Both the position numbers and the translations under genes were made by a program. A stretch of DNA of 30,963 nt, taken from NCBI GenBank assembly GCA_964458565.1, contig CAYWJO010000043.1:1-30963 (forward strand), read 5' to 3'. The first letter of the stretch is position 1. Each line of letters opens with the position of its first letter. Positions 1 through 8,979 of this stretch are shown one piece after another. Source of the DNA: an uncultured archaeon. Lineage in GTDB: Archaea > Asgardarchaeota > Thorarchaeia > Thorarchaeales > Thorarchaeaceae. Under the pieces are notes generated by a model. The model was not told where the DNA came from and made no database searches. It saw only the letters and a list, made by a program, of their open reading frames with translations.

Positions 1-2652
1 ATTCCAGCACTGCTTGTAACGTTTGTGTACCAACTCTTCTTCAGGAAATCTAGGAATAGGTTCGTAGAAGCTTTCATTATAATGATCTATCTCAAAACAT
101 TTACATTCTTTATCTATAATATCACCTTCTTTCCTGAGATAGTACCCTCATATTTTGAACGAGCAACATCAAATGATATCTTTTCTTGGATTCTCGTTCA
201 AGACTTTTTATTCATCATCTCTACTTCCCTTCAGGAATATTTGACATGGGTTATGATTTCATTCTTTGCGGTTTTATTTGGCCTGTTTGTTTTAATGCTG
301 AAGCTGTCACTGCAAGACCCCCTGAAACGAAGATTTAGCAACGTTATCCGCAGGGTTATTGGACGTGACCCGGTAACAGATGGTTATGATGGTCTGCGGC
401 ATCGACTTGAAAATATCACATTTGAAGGCGTGGAAGCACAACCCCTTAATCCAGATGTCGTAATGAAAGCATACGGTGAATCGTGGCGTGACTACATGAT
501 CATTGGCCTCGTTACGTTAATTCCTTCAATCGCTCTCTATGCAACAGTCAATCCAACTCAATTCTATGCACAAGGCGTGATTGTTTTCCTATCCTGGATC
601 TACAGATTTGGCTATACCTCATCGAATCGTATTGCAAAGGGTGCAGGTATTACTCTTGGTGATCGAGACATAGGGAGCGAAATGATGCGTGGTGTTCTTG
701 GTTGGTTCTTCAGGTTGAATTTACTCCTTTCATTATTCACATTGATAGTTCCGCTAGGTCTCTTAGGAATACCTGGAGGTCCCCCAACAATTCTTGATTT
801 CTTAGGTCTTGGTGGATATACATTCATGCAAACTTTAGAGCATTTCTTCTATGGAATCACATTAGCAATTCCACCAATCGCCTTTGCTATCCTCATCCTT
901 CCATTGACTGAGGATTTTGCCATTCACTTGTATAAGGAATTATTTGAATCAATAACCAGAGCCCGAACTAAACTATCCGGTATTGATTGGAAAGGAGCTT
1001 TCCTCAATATTGGAGGTGCTCTGTTCACTGCTGGGATTTCTATCGCTGCGTTTGTTGGGGCCGTTTTTGCCGCAACATTATCATATTCAGGTGATAGTTA
1101 TTTGTTCTTCCCGGGACAGGTCACTCCCGATATACAGAGTTCATTGTCTCAAGCTCCAAACAATGCATTACTGATTGCTCCCATTAATTGGGCACTTCTA
1201 GTGCTAATCATTCCATTTGGCATAATGCTTTTACTAGGCGTATTAGGTCATTATGTTCGCAGTAGAGTCAAAGGTAGCATAGAAACATTCGCTGTAATCA
1301 CGGGAATATTAGTATCTGTAGGGGTTGCTCTCATTTTACCAGGTCTCGATTACATTCTCGATACTCGTGTAACTGGAATCACGATGGGAGATACTACGAT
1401 TTACCATCTTAGACCAGTTATAACTACATCTGGAGAGGTGTTCATGCGCCTGGCTAATCAGTATATAATCAGCATGCCTCTCTATATTTTTACAGCATTG
1501 TTTGTGATGTATTTCTTCATGTTTCGTGACAGATGGAAGGTTGAAACAGGCGAGGAAATGGCTCCCCTATTAAGTGTACATCAACGAGATATCGTCGACG
1601 TCGTAGTGATGTTTGTAGCTGGGTTAATTGCTTCTGTGATAGGTGTGTGGCTTTTATCACTCGTATTAGATCCTGGAATATTTGTGTCAACAATCGACCA
1701 ACTAAATGCAGAGATTGGAAATCCTGATGGCCTTGAGGGATATCTTCAATCAATCACGGGACCTTTTGTTATCATTGCTGAGCATAACATTGTTCGGACG
1801 TTACTCATGCTTCTCATTGGTCCAATATTTTGGTCCGCTGTATTGTGGTTGGTTGCCGTCAAGAAGCAGAAATCGGATACAAATGTTGGTTATGTGGGAT
1901 TAGTCCTTTCCTTAATTGCAATAGTAGGTACGATACTATGGACCTTACTCGATAGTGCACAGGGTGTTCTATACTTCAATCCATCAGAGCCATGGGCTTT
2001 TGGTGCTGAACTCGGACTCAGATCCTTAGTCATGATTGGTATTTTATCAGCTGCTTTTGTCGTTATAATAATCATACGCGTTATAACTGGCAGAACCACA
2101 GGAGTTTGGTGGTTCCCAGCTGTGGTTGCTCTGATTTCTCTTGAGTATTTTGTTTATGATGACCAATTCACAATGATTGCAGTTGTTGTATTACCAATGA
2201 TTATGGCTATTGTCTATAAAGGACTACTGTCCTCCAGAGAAGAAGTTGCAAGTGAAGACCTCTTGGTCACCTATATAAGATTCAGTCTGATGGCAATCGC
2301 TATTGCTGAAGTTTTATCCACTGCGTTACTGCTTGGAGGTATTGGTATAATTTACTTGACAACTCCTGGAGAGAGTATTTTTGTCTTTCTAGCTAAAATC
2401 TTACCACATGCAGTTATTGAGATTCCCGCTTTCTTATTTGCAGCAGCAGCTTCAATTCGTGTTGCAAGGAATTTAGCACCAAGCCTACAGCAAGAGGATT
2501 GGGCGAGCATTCCCGCAAAAACAAAGCAACTTCTCACTGATGAGCGAACTTGGAGAGGTTATATACTCATCATATTCTTCCTCATCTTAGCTGCTATTAT
2601 CGAGGTGTCAGTAACTCCAATCGTCAGTGATCTTGTACGGTTTGGTGGTTAG
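1..2652 (+). CDS. Large polytopic membrane protein with C-terminal SpoIIM-family (stage II sporulation protein M-like) domain; 5'-truncated by window edge
   Basis: Frame is open from base 1 (IPALLVTFVYQ...). Many hydrophobic segments. C-terminus has the SpoIIM-type motifs ILPHAVIEIPAF and LILAAIIEVSVTP. Confidence 0.75.
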   Translation: MPALLVTFVYQLFFRKSRNRFVEAFIIMIYLKTFTFFIYNITFFPEIVPSYFERATSNDIFSWILVQDFLFIISTSLQEYLTWVMISFFAVLFGLFVLMLKLSLQDPLKRRFSNVIRRVIGRDPVTDGYDGLRHRLENITFEGVEAQPLNPDVVMKAYGESWRDYMIIGLVTLIPSIALYATVNPTQFYAQGVIVFLSWIYRFGYTSSNRIAKGAGITLGDRDIGSEMMRGVLGWFFRLNLLLSLFTLIVPLGLLGIPGGPPTILDFLGLGGYTFMQTLEHFFYGITLAIPPIAFAILILPLTEDFAIHLYKELFESITRARTKLSGIDWKGAFLNIGGALFTAGISIAAFVGAVFAATLSYSGDSYLFFPGQVTPDIQSSLSQAPNNALLIAPINWALLVLIIPFGIMLLLGVLGHYVRSRVKGSIETFAVITGILVSVGVALILPGLDYILDTRVTGITMGDTTIYHLRPVITTSGEVFMRLANQYIISMPLYIFTALFVMYFFMFRDRWKVETGEEMAPLLSVHQRDIVDVVVMFVAGLIASVIGVWLLSLVLDPGIFVSTIDQLNAEIGNPDGLEGYLQSITGPFVIIAEHNIVRTLLMLLIGPIFWSAVLWLVAVKKQKSDTNVGYVGLVLSLIAIVGTILWTLLDSAQGVLYFNPSEPWAFGAELGLRSLVMIGILSAAFVVIIIIRVITGRTTGVWWFPAVVALISLEYFVYDDQFTMIAVVVLPMIMAIVYKGLLSSREEVASEDLLVTYIRFSLMAIAIAEVLSTALLLGGIGIIYLTTPGESIFVFLAKILPHAVIEIPAFLFAAAASIRVARNLAPSLQQEDWASIPAKTKQLLTDERTWRGYILIIFFLILAAIIEVSVTPIVSDLVRFGG

Positions 2653-2665
2653 ATCAAGTACAAAT

Positions 2666-2697
2666 GGATACGAGGAGTCGGTTTACTTCTCGTATTC
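2666..2697. terminator. Hairpin between convergent genes (probable bidirectional terminator)
   Basis: ATACGAGGAGT-CGGTTT-ACTTCTCGTAT stem-loop with one G-U pair, followed by a pyrimidine-rich tract. Confidence 0.55.
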
Positions 2698-2708
2698 TTT
2701 GCTTCTTC

Positions 2709-3113
2709 TTATTCCTTTTTGATGCATGGTAGCAGTTTCTTATGGAAGAAGCTAATACCTGACATATGTGCTTCATATGTAGCATTGAAGGAATCATATG
2801 AGATTCCTAAAACAGGAATTGCATTTCGAAGAATTATGCAATCTTTCTTGTCTATTCCAAAACTGACCTCAACTAGTGATGCATTGGCTTTGAGAAGTTG
2901 TTCACAGAAATCTTTCTTCTCTTTCTTAGATACGGGCGATAGATTATAGAGTCGAGTTGTAAGGGTAATCCAATGAGCTCCCGGAAAGACTTCGATTTCT
3001 TCAGTTTTTGTTGGACCATAGGGGAATAAGCTGAATGTTTTTCTACCATTCTCTTCAAAATTAATCTCCAGTCGTTTGAGATACTCCTTTGCTATGAACC
3101 ATGTGGTGCTCAT
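2709..3113 (-). CDS. YbjN / type III secretion chaperone (CesT-like) fold protein
   Basis: 134 aa; LLKANASLVEVSFGIDKKDCIILR resembles the YbjN/T3SC pattern; GAGGT RBS upstream of the ATG. Confidence 0.6.
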   Translation of the reverse strand: MSTTWFIAKEYLKRLEINFEENGRKTFSLFPYGPTKTEEIEVFPGAHWITLTTRLYNLSPVSKKEKKDFCEQLLKANASLVEVSFGIDKKDCIILRNAIPVLGISYDSFNATYEAHMSGISFFHKKLLPCIKKE

Positions 3114-3173
3114 TTTCAGACCTCAAATTATGAAGTGTATGCCCTCTGAATACAGATGGCAAATAGTCTCACA

Positions 3174-3350
3174 CTATATGTGTAACATACTAGTAAAAGT
3201 CTTCGCTTTTTTGTGTGATGCTACGAGGTCTGCTGATTGTGCCAAGAAGTATTGATGCCCGTTTTCTGTTGCCTGAATAGAGATTACTCCTGAGTTACTC
3301 GCCACGATTAATATCATTGCTATTAGAATAGATATTTGTCTAATTTTCAT
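3174..3350 (-). CDS. Unannotated 58-aa ORF with Sec-type signal peptide (small secreted protein or gene remnant)
   Basis: Manual translation: MKIRQISILIAMILIVASNSGVISIQATENGHQYFLAQSADLVASHKKAKTFTSMLHI*. RBS context is GGTGAAGTAAA-ATG. Confidence 0.5.
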   Translation of the reverse strand: MKIRQISILIAMILIVASNSGVISIQATENGHQYFLAQSADLVASHKKAKTFTSMLHI

Positions 3351-3547
3351 TTTACTTCACCGAAAAAATTTATTAGCTAATCTATTAAGTTAATAGTATT
3401 TATTCATATTCAAGCATTTTTAAGGCTCGTAGAAGCATGGCGAGTCCTATTAGAAAGTTCCTCCTCATTTATCTTTTTGAGCTTAGCATAGAACAATGAA
3501 CGAGGTAGCACATTTGATTTTTCATTCTTTAGTACCCGGAATTAGAT

Positions 3548-4477
3548 TCACTCAACTTTGTAAACGAGTGAAATTTTTTGGGAGAACCACTCTTTCAGTT
3601 TTTCGGATGCTTTGAGCAAATCTGGCCAATTAGAATCTGTGTAAAATCCTTCATAGCGTATTGTAAAGCAATTATCAATTAGTTCTGGTTTCTGATCAGT
3701 GACATCTTCATTGTGCAGATGAATTGGATAATTGTACAGGGAATGCAATTCCTTCAACTCAGATTTCTTTGTCAATGAAAGAATCACACCTGATAGAATT
3801 GCTTGGTGAATGAAGATAAGATAGATTTCATCTAAATCATAGAATCTACTAAACAGATCATTATCATATCCCTTTGAATACAATGAATACCATGTTCTGA
3901 GAATCTTAGCGATGGGTTTCACGATTAGGAAACCTGCATTGAAGTATGGGCGAATTTTCTCGGAATCTACATGAGTTCGCATCGGAAAGACTTTCTCATC
4001 AGATATTTTGCAATACTCGAATATAGCACTCCAGAATTCATCTTTCGGTTTTTCATAATCCGAGCCAATAAGTTTGTGATGCACCGGCCTATATCCAAGC
4101 AATATACCATCATCGAGTATCATATCAATTGGTTCTTTCAGAACTATGTTATTTGGGGCTAACCATGCAACATTTTTCTGTTCATTTTCAGCACGTTCTT
4201 CTGCTAATGAGGCAGCATAGGCATGTCCAAGAAATGGAAATCCAATATCCAGATTGCCTGTATCAAATGTCATAATCTCAACGTCTAGTCTATCAAGCTC
4301 TCTTTCTACTTCGCTGTCTATTGACATACCAATATCCGGTACATAGAACCAGATTGGTAGTGGGGACATAGATCCTCCAAATTCTCGGATACTACTTGCT
4401 AGAAGAATTCCGTTTGTCTGAGAGTGCTCAGTAGGGAACATTATTGATGCATATGCAAGATTTTCCATGATAACCAA
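3548..4477 (-). CDS. Glycosyltransferase family 8-like (GT-A fold) protein with degenerate DxD motif
   Basis: YFNAGFLIV, FIHQAILS and LYNYP match GT8 motifs (FNSG, DQDILN, YN); the DxD position reads WLAPNNIV. Confidence 0.55.
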   Translation of the reverse strand: MVIMENLAYASIMFPTEHSQTNGILLASSIREFGGSMSPLPIWFYVPDIGMSIDSEVERELDRLDVEIMTFDTGNLDIGFPFLGHAYAASLAEERAENEQKNVAWLAPNNIVLKEPIDMILDDGILLGYRPVHHKLIGSDYEKPKDEFWSAIFEYCKISDEKVFPMRTHVDSEKIRPYFNAGFLIVKPIAKILRTWYSLYSKGYDNDLFSRFYDLDEIYLIFIHQAILSGVILSLTKKSELKELHSLYNYPIHLHNEDVTDQKPELIDNCFTIRYEGFYTDSNWPDLLKASEKLKEWFSQKISLVYKVE

Positions 4478-4576
4478 CCGTCTGAATTATGAAGTAGAAA
4501 TTGCTAGATGTATTACTCAGTCCTTCTATCCACGCAGAAGATGGCTTAGATTTCGGAAATTAGATTCCGACATTTG

Positions 4577-4592
4577 ATTGAGTATACTCAAT
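4577..4592. promoter_or_regulatory. Perfect 16-bp palindrome (candidate operator) in a divergent promoter
   Basis: ATTGAGTATACTCAAT, just upstream of TATA-like TTTATATT (4598-4605); second inverted repeat TCGGAA-N6-TTCCGA at 4553-4570. Confidence 0.45.
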
Positions 4593-4679
4593 ATTTCTTT
4601 ATATTACTATAATTCAGGATTGTGTATTAGGGACCAACGTTTTTCGTTGATGCAAAGAACGAACGAAGTGTGAGATTAT

Positions 4680-5546
4680 ATAGCAGATGAATTAAAACCA
4701 ATCAGAATACTTGATAATTTTTACCAAACATCGAGCTTTTTTCCAATGCCAGTTGTATTAGTAAGTACAGACTTTGAATCAGGACAAACAAATCTTGGTC
4801 CATATTCACTATGTTTTCCATATATTATAGCAAATGAGTCTGAATGGGCAATGATGCTGGTTACAAGACGTGACAGTAATACATCTACAAATATCAAACG
4901 CACAAAGAAGTGTACGTTGAACTTCATCCCAGATGAGAAGAAGTACATGGAAAATTGTGTAATGTTAGGTTTTCCTGGTGAAACAACAGAGGAAAAAATG
5001 CCAAATAGTATATTCACTCTGATCCCCTCCCCCCGCGAAGGCACTCTCGGAAATCCATATCCCGAAATCGTGAAGGAAGCCTTCCAAGTTTTTGAATGTC
5101 ACTGGGATGTTAGTTTCGACCATGAGCTAATTGATGGATGCGACAACTTCGTATTGCGTGTTGACAATATCCTTTTAGACGAAAGGTATCATAGCGCAAT
5201 CTGCCGCGGTATGGAAGCAAAACATTTTCCACCTGTGCCAATAGACTACGGATTTAGAGATAATTATCAATTCTGGTTTGCTGAAACTAAGAAACCCTAT
5301 GCCGTGCCAATACCATCTGGTAAAGGAGTTGATGTGGGTCAAGTGATTTTTGCTGCAAAGCGAATCGACCCATCTTATGAGTGGACTGAGGAAGCAGCTG
5401 TTAAAATTACTGCAGTTCCCAGGGTATTCCTGAAGCGAGTGATCTCAGGTGTGCATGATGCTGCAGCAAAGGAGGGCATCACAACAATATCACCTGAATT
5501 TATGGATAAAGTGCGCGATAAGCGAAATGAAGCGAATGAAAACTAA
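4680..5546 (+). CDS. Flavin reductase-like (FMN-binding split barrel, DIM6/NTAB) protein with C-terminal PCP_red-like domain; probable ATA start at 4680 (first ATG at 4746)
   Basis: PMPVVLVST...GQTNLGPYS...NIKRTKKCTLNF is a flavin reductase pattern. WTEEAAVKITAVPRVFLKRVISGVHDAAAKEGITTISPEFM is PCP_red-like. The frame stays open back to TGA at 4671. Confidence 0.75.
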   Translation: MADELKPIRILDNFYQTSSFFPMPVVLVSTDFESGQTNLGPYSLCFPYIIANESEWAMMLVTRRDSNTSTNIKRTKKCTLNFIPDEKKYMENCVMLGFPGETTEEKMPNSIFTLIPSPREGTLGNPYPEIVKEAFQVFECHWDVSFDHELIDGCDNFVLRVDNILLDERYHSAICRGMEAKHFPPVPIDYGFRDNYQFWFAETKKPYAVPIPSGKGVDVGQVIFAAKRIDPSYEWTEEAAVKITAVPRVFLKRVISGVHDAAAKEGITTISPEFMDKVRDKRNEANEN

Positions 5547-7319
5547 TCACTCTATTCTGTGACGTGCTCGATATCGTTTGAGAGCTTCTATACCATCTCT
5601 TCCAAATCTCTTATCTAGTTCACTCCGAGTCACTCTAACCATCGATGGTCTTCCGTGACAACAGTAGTTCTGATTAGATGTTTTTGAGAGTTTAACAATG
5701 AGATCCTGAATCTGCCTATGATCTAAAACTTCTCCCGCTCTAATAGCAGCATGACATGCGGTGACTCGTATTATTTCGTCCATGAATTTATCTTTGGCGA
5801 CTACGCCTAATTCTATGATTCTGTCAACAAGTGATATCATATCAATTTCATTGGCTCTTTGCTGCAGGATTTCAGGGAGTGAGGATATGAGTATCTCATT
5901 TCCTCCAAACTCAGCCACTGAATATCCCACTTCTTTCAATACTTCTGCAACTTCGAGAATTTGCTCTATCGATACTGAATCGAGTCGGATCACTATTGGT
6001 TCAAGAAGCTCCTGTATCATTACTGATCCTGAGTTTACCTTATCTCTCAATTTCTCGTACAGAATTCGTTCATGAGCAGCATGTTGATCGATAATGACCA
6101 GCCCTTCTTCCATTTCTATGAGAAGATATAATCTACTAACTTGACCAATGACTCTGAATCTACCACCTAATCCTTCCACCTCATCTCTCATCAAAGATTT
6201 AGGCTGCAGAAGTCCTTCTTCAACAATAATGCTAGATTGCCTGCCTTCGACTTCTGCAGGCATTATTGTTTCTCTCTGTTTACTAATTGACGATTCTACA
6301 AATTCATCCAATGTCTGCGATACTGATTTTATTGATGGTTCAAGGGCATCTCGCACAACCGAGTGAAGAATTCTAATTAGAGTATCAATATTCTCGATTC
6401 TTACTTCTCGCTTCGTGGGATGTACATTCGCATCGACAAGTTCAACATCAACGTCGATATCTAATGCAAATATTGGATACCGCCCACTCATAAGAAGTGT
6501 AGAGTACGCCTCCTCTACTGCCAGACTAAGTCTTCTTTCTTCAATAGGTCGTTTCCGGATTGAGAGATATTCACGCTGTCTATTTCCCCTTGATAAGGGA
6601 GGTTGAACTAGAAACCCTCTGATATGTGTTGAATCTTCAGTATGATTTATTTCAATGAGTGATTTGACAATCTCTAAACCCCATAGTTCAAGAACTCTAT
6701 CTCTCTTTGATTGATTCAAAGGAACATCTATCACTACGACTCCATCCCGAATGAACCTAAAGCCCACCTCATTTCGAATGATTGCATGTTTCATTATAAT
6801 TTCATGAATTCTCTGAGCCTCTCTTGAGGGACTATCAAGATGTTTCCGTCGAGCAGGGATTCTTGAAAAGAGATTTGCCATTTCAATCGTTGTACCTTCT
6901 GGTCTGGAGATTTCCTTTCTCACAGGGGTTTCGCCTTGATTAGCAATTAGCTCAATTCCCAAACTTGATGTTGTTTGACGAGATCTAATTGATATATCTG
7001 CTACAGCTGCAACACTAGCAAGTGCTTCGCCTCTGAATCCATATGTATGTATTGAATCAATATCAGAACGCGATGTTATTTTACTAGTTGAATGACGCTG
7101 GATGCAAATCATGCAATCATCCGGATGTATTCCTATCCCATCATCCGAGACTTTGATGCTTTTAATCCCCCCTTCAAGAATTTCAATCTCAATGTTTTTT
7201 GCTTCTGCATCCAGTGAATTCTCAATTAATTCTTTCACAATAGATGAGGGATTCTCTATAACCTCACCAGCAGATATGAGTGAGACAAGGTCATCTGGTA
7301 GTATTCGTACCCTGCTCAT
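5547..7319 (-). CDS. mutL: DNA mismatch repair endonuclease MutL
   Basis: GEVIENPSSIVKELIENSLDA, GFRGEALAS, DANVHPTKREV; endonuclease motifs DQHAAHERILYE, ACH and CCHGRP. Confidence 0.97.
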   Translation of the reverse strand: MSRVRILPDDLVSLISAGEVIENPSSIVKELIENSLDAEAKNIEIEILEGGIKSIKVSDDGIGIHPDDCMICIQRHSTSKITSRSDIDSIHTYGFRGEALASVAAVADISIRSRQTTSSLGIELIANQGETPVRKEISRPEGTTIEMANLFSRIPARRKHLDSPSREAQRIHEIIMKHAIIRNEVGFRFIRDGVVVIDVPLNQSKRDRVLELWGLEIVKSLIEINHTEDSTHIRGFLVQPPLSRGNRQREYLSIRKRPIEERRLSLAVEEAYSTLLMSGRYPIFALDIDVDVELVDANVHPTKREVRIENIDTLIRILHSVVRDALEPSIKSVSQTLDEFVESSISKQRETIMPAEVEGRQSSIIVEEGLLQPKSLMRDEVEGLGGRFRVIGQVSRLYLLIEMEEGLVIIDQHAAHERILYEKLRDKVNSGSVMIQELLEPIVIRLDSVSIEQILEVAEVLKEVGYSVAEFGGNEILISSLPEILQQRANEIDMISLVDRIIELGVVAKDKFMDEIIRVTACHAAIRAGEVLDHRQIQDLIVKLSKTSNQNYCCHGRPSMVRVTRSELDKRFGRDGIEALKRYRARHRIE

Positions 7320-7328
7320 TTTAACACC

Positions 7329-8894
7329 TCAACTTCTCGCTGCCACGTATTCTGCATTTCCACCGAGGAAAGTCATTTCGACAGATGCATCATTTATCTG
7401 CTGAGGTGGGATAGTCATAATATCTTTTGATAGAACGACGAAATCAGCACGTTTCCCAACAATTAAGCTACCAAGAGTCCTTTCTAGGAATGAGGCGTAT
7501 GCACTCTCCATTGTATAACATCTAACTGCTTCCTCAACCGTGATTCTAACTCTATCATTCGGATGTGTTGTCGCAGACCAGATTCCATAGAGTGGCCCAT
7601 AAGGCATTCCATCAGACCCAAAAGCGATTCGGGCTCCGTTATCTAAAGCAGTCCGGAACATATTCATTCCCCTAACAATTTCCTCATCGAATCTGGTTTC
7701 ATATAGTCCACCGGTCTGCTGCCATTTTCCTACAAAGTTGGGTTGCATAGAGAGAATGAGCCCCAGACCTGCTGCACGTCGTATTTGCCATTCATTTATC
7801 ATTTCTGCGTGCTCGATTCGATGTCTCTGTTCTCTAATCCGAGTTTTATCTGATATATCTTCAAACGAGGCGATCACCATTTCTATTGCAGCATCACCGA
7901 TTGCATGTGTCACAGTCTGTATATCGTTCTCGATTGCCTGTCTGAGTATTTTACTATATTTTTTAGCATCCATTAACAACATGCCAGAGTTGTCTTTATC
8001 ATCCCGATAGCTCTTTTGTACTGCTGCTGTACCAGCACCAATAGAACCATCTGTAAAAATCTTAATTCCTCCTATTTTAAGAAGCGGACTACCCATCACG
8101 GATGTTACACCAAGCTCTATAATGTGTTTCATTTGTTCCACCGGAGGATTGAGTACCATTCGCGTAGTTAACAGATTTTTTCTTTCAGCTTCACGCAGAT
8201 ACCTCAAGTAGCCCGCTGGTGCATTGTCAACTGCTGCAGTGATACCATGCTCATTCGCGATTTTGTTACCTGCAACTACACCTTCTAGAATTTCTTCGCT
8301 TGTAGGTTGAACAAGTTCAAATATCCCTTCAATGTCTTTGAGTACTCCTGAAGGTTGTCCTTTGTTGTCCTTTTCTACACCTTCTTGATCTAGTGGAATC
8401 TTGAGCTTTTCAAGACCCATAGTGTTCACAGTTACAAGATGTCCATCAATTCTAGTCATCATCATTGGATGTGAGGTACTGATTTCATCAAGATCTCTAG
8501 CTACTAGATATCTACGTTCAGTCCAATCACTTTCGTCCCAATAATAGCCTTTGACCCATTGACCTTCTGAATATCTATCTAAACTACTTGCGATTTTCTT
8601 TTTTGCCTCTTCAGCAGATTTTACCGTTGATAGGTCGATGTGATTTGATTTAATTCCAGAAGAAGTTAGGTGAGTATGTGCATCAATGAATCCAGGTAAA
8701 ACCGTTTTTCCTCCAAGGTCTACTACTCTCTTTGCAGACGACACCAATTCCGCGATTTCTACTTCATCACCAATTGCCAGAATTTTGTAGCTCTTTACGG
8801 CCAATGCTGCAGCCTTTGGATTCAGCGGATCCATTGTATAGATATTCGCATTATAGACAATTAGGTCTGCTTCTATCTTCATACTATCTCGCAC
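7329..8894 (-). CDS. Metal-dependent amidohydrolase, YtcJ / amidohydrolase_3 family (start GTG 8894 or ATG 8882)
   Basis: PGFIDAHTH, IKIFTDGSIG, HAIGD, HRIEHAE, SMQP, FGSD. Ends 9 bp upstream of mutL, so probably co-transcribed. Confidence 0.9.
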   Translation of the reverse strand: MRDSMKIEADLIVYNANIYTMDPLNPKAAALAVKSYKILAIGDEVEIAELVSSAKRVVDLGGKTVLPGFIDAHTHLTSSGIKSNHIDLSTVKSAEEAKKKIASSLDRYSEGQWVKGYYWDESDWTERRYLVARDLDEISTSHPMMMTRIDGHLVTVNTMGLEKLKIPLDQEGVEKDNKGQPSGVLKDIEGIFELVQPTSEEILEGVVAGNKIANEHGITAAVDNAPAGYLRYLREAERKNLLTTRMVLNPPVEQMKHIIELGVTSVMGSPLLKIGGIKIFTDGSIGAGTAAVQKSYRDDKDNSGMLLMDAKKYSKILRQAIENDIQTVTHAIGDAAIEMVIASFEDISDKTRIREQRHRIEHAEMINEWQIRRAAGLGLILSMQPNFVGKWQQTGGLYETRFDEEIVRGMNMFRTALDNGARIAFGSDGMPYGPLYGIWSATTHPNDRVRITVEEAVRCYTMESAYASFLERTLGSLIVGKRADFVVLSKDIMTIPPQQINDASVEMTFLGGNAEYVAARS

Positions 8895-8979
8895 GCACCC
8901 GTTTTCAAACTATGATAAGTTATTTATCATTGTTGCCTTTACTATTCTATTTCTAGAATATAATTCGCCCGATGTAGTC

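Noticed and set aside
8912-8930. ATGATAA-N5-TTATCAT as a Fur-like box upstream of the amidohydrolase
   Set aside because: AT-rich, overlaps a probable TATA element and does not fit Fur spacing; it could be chance.
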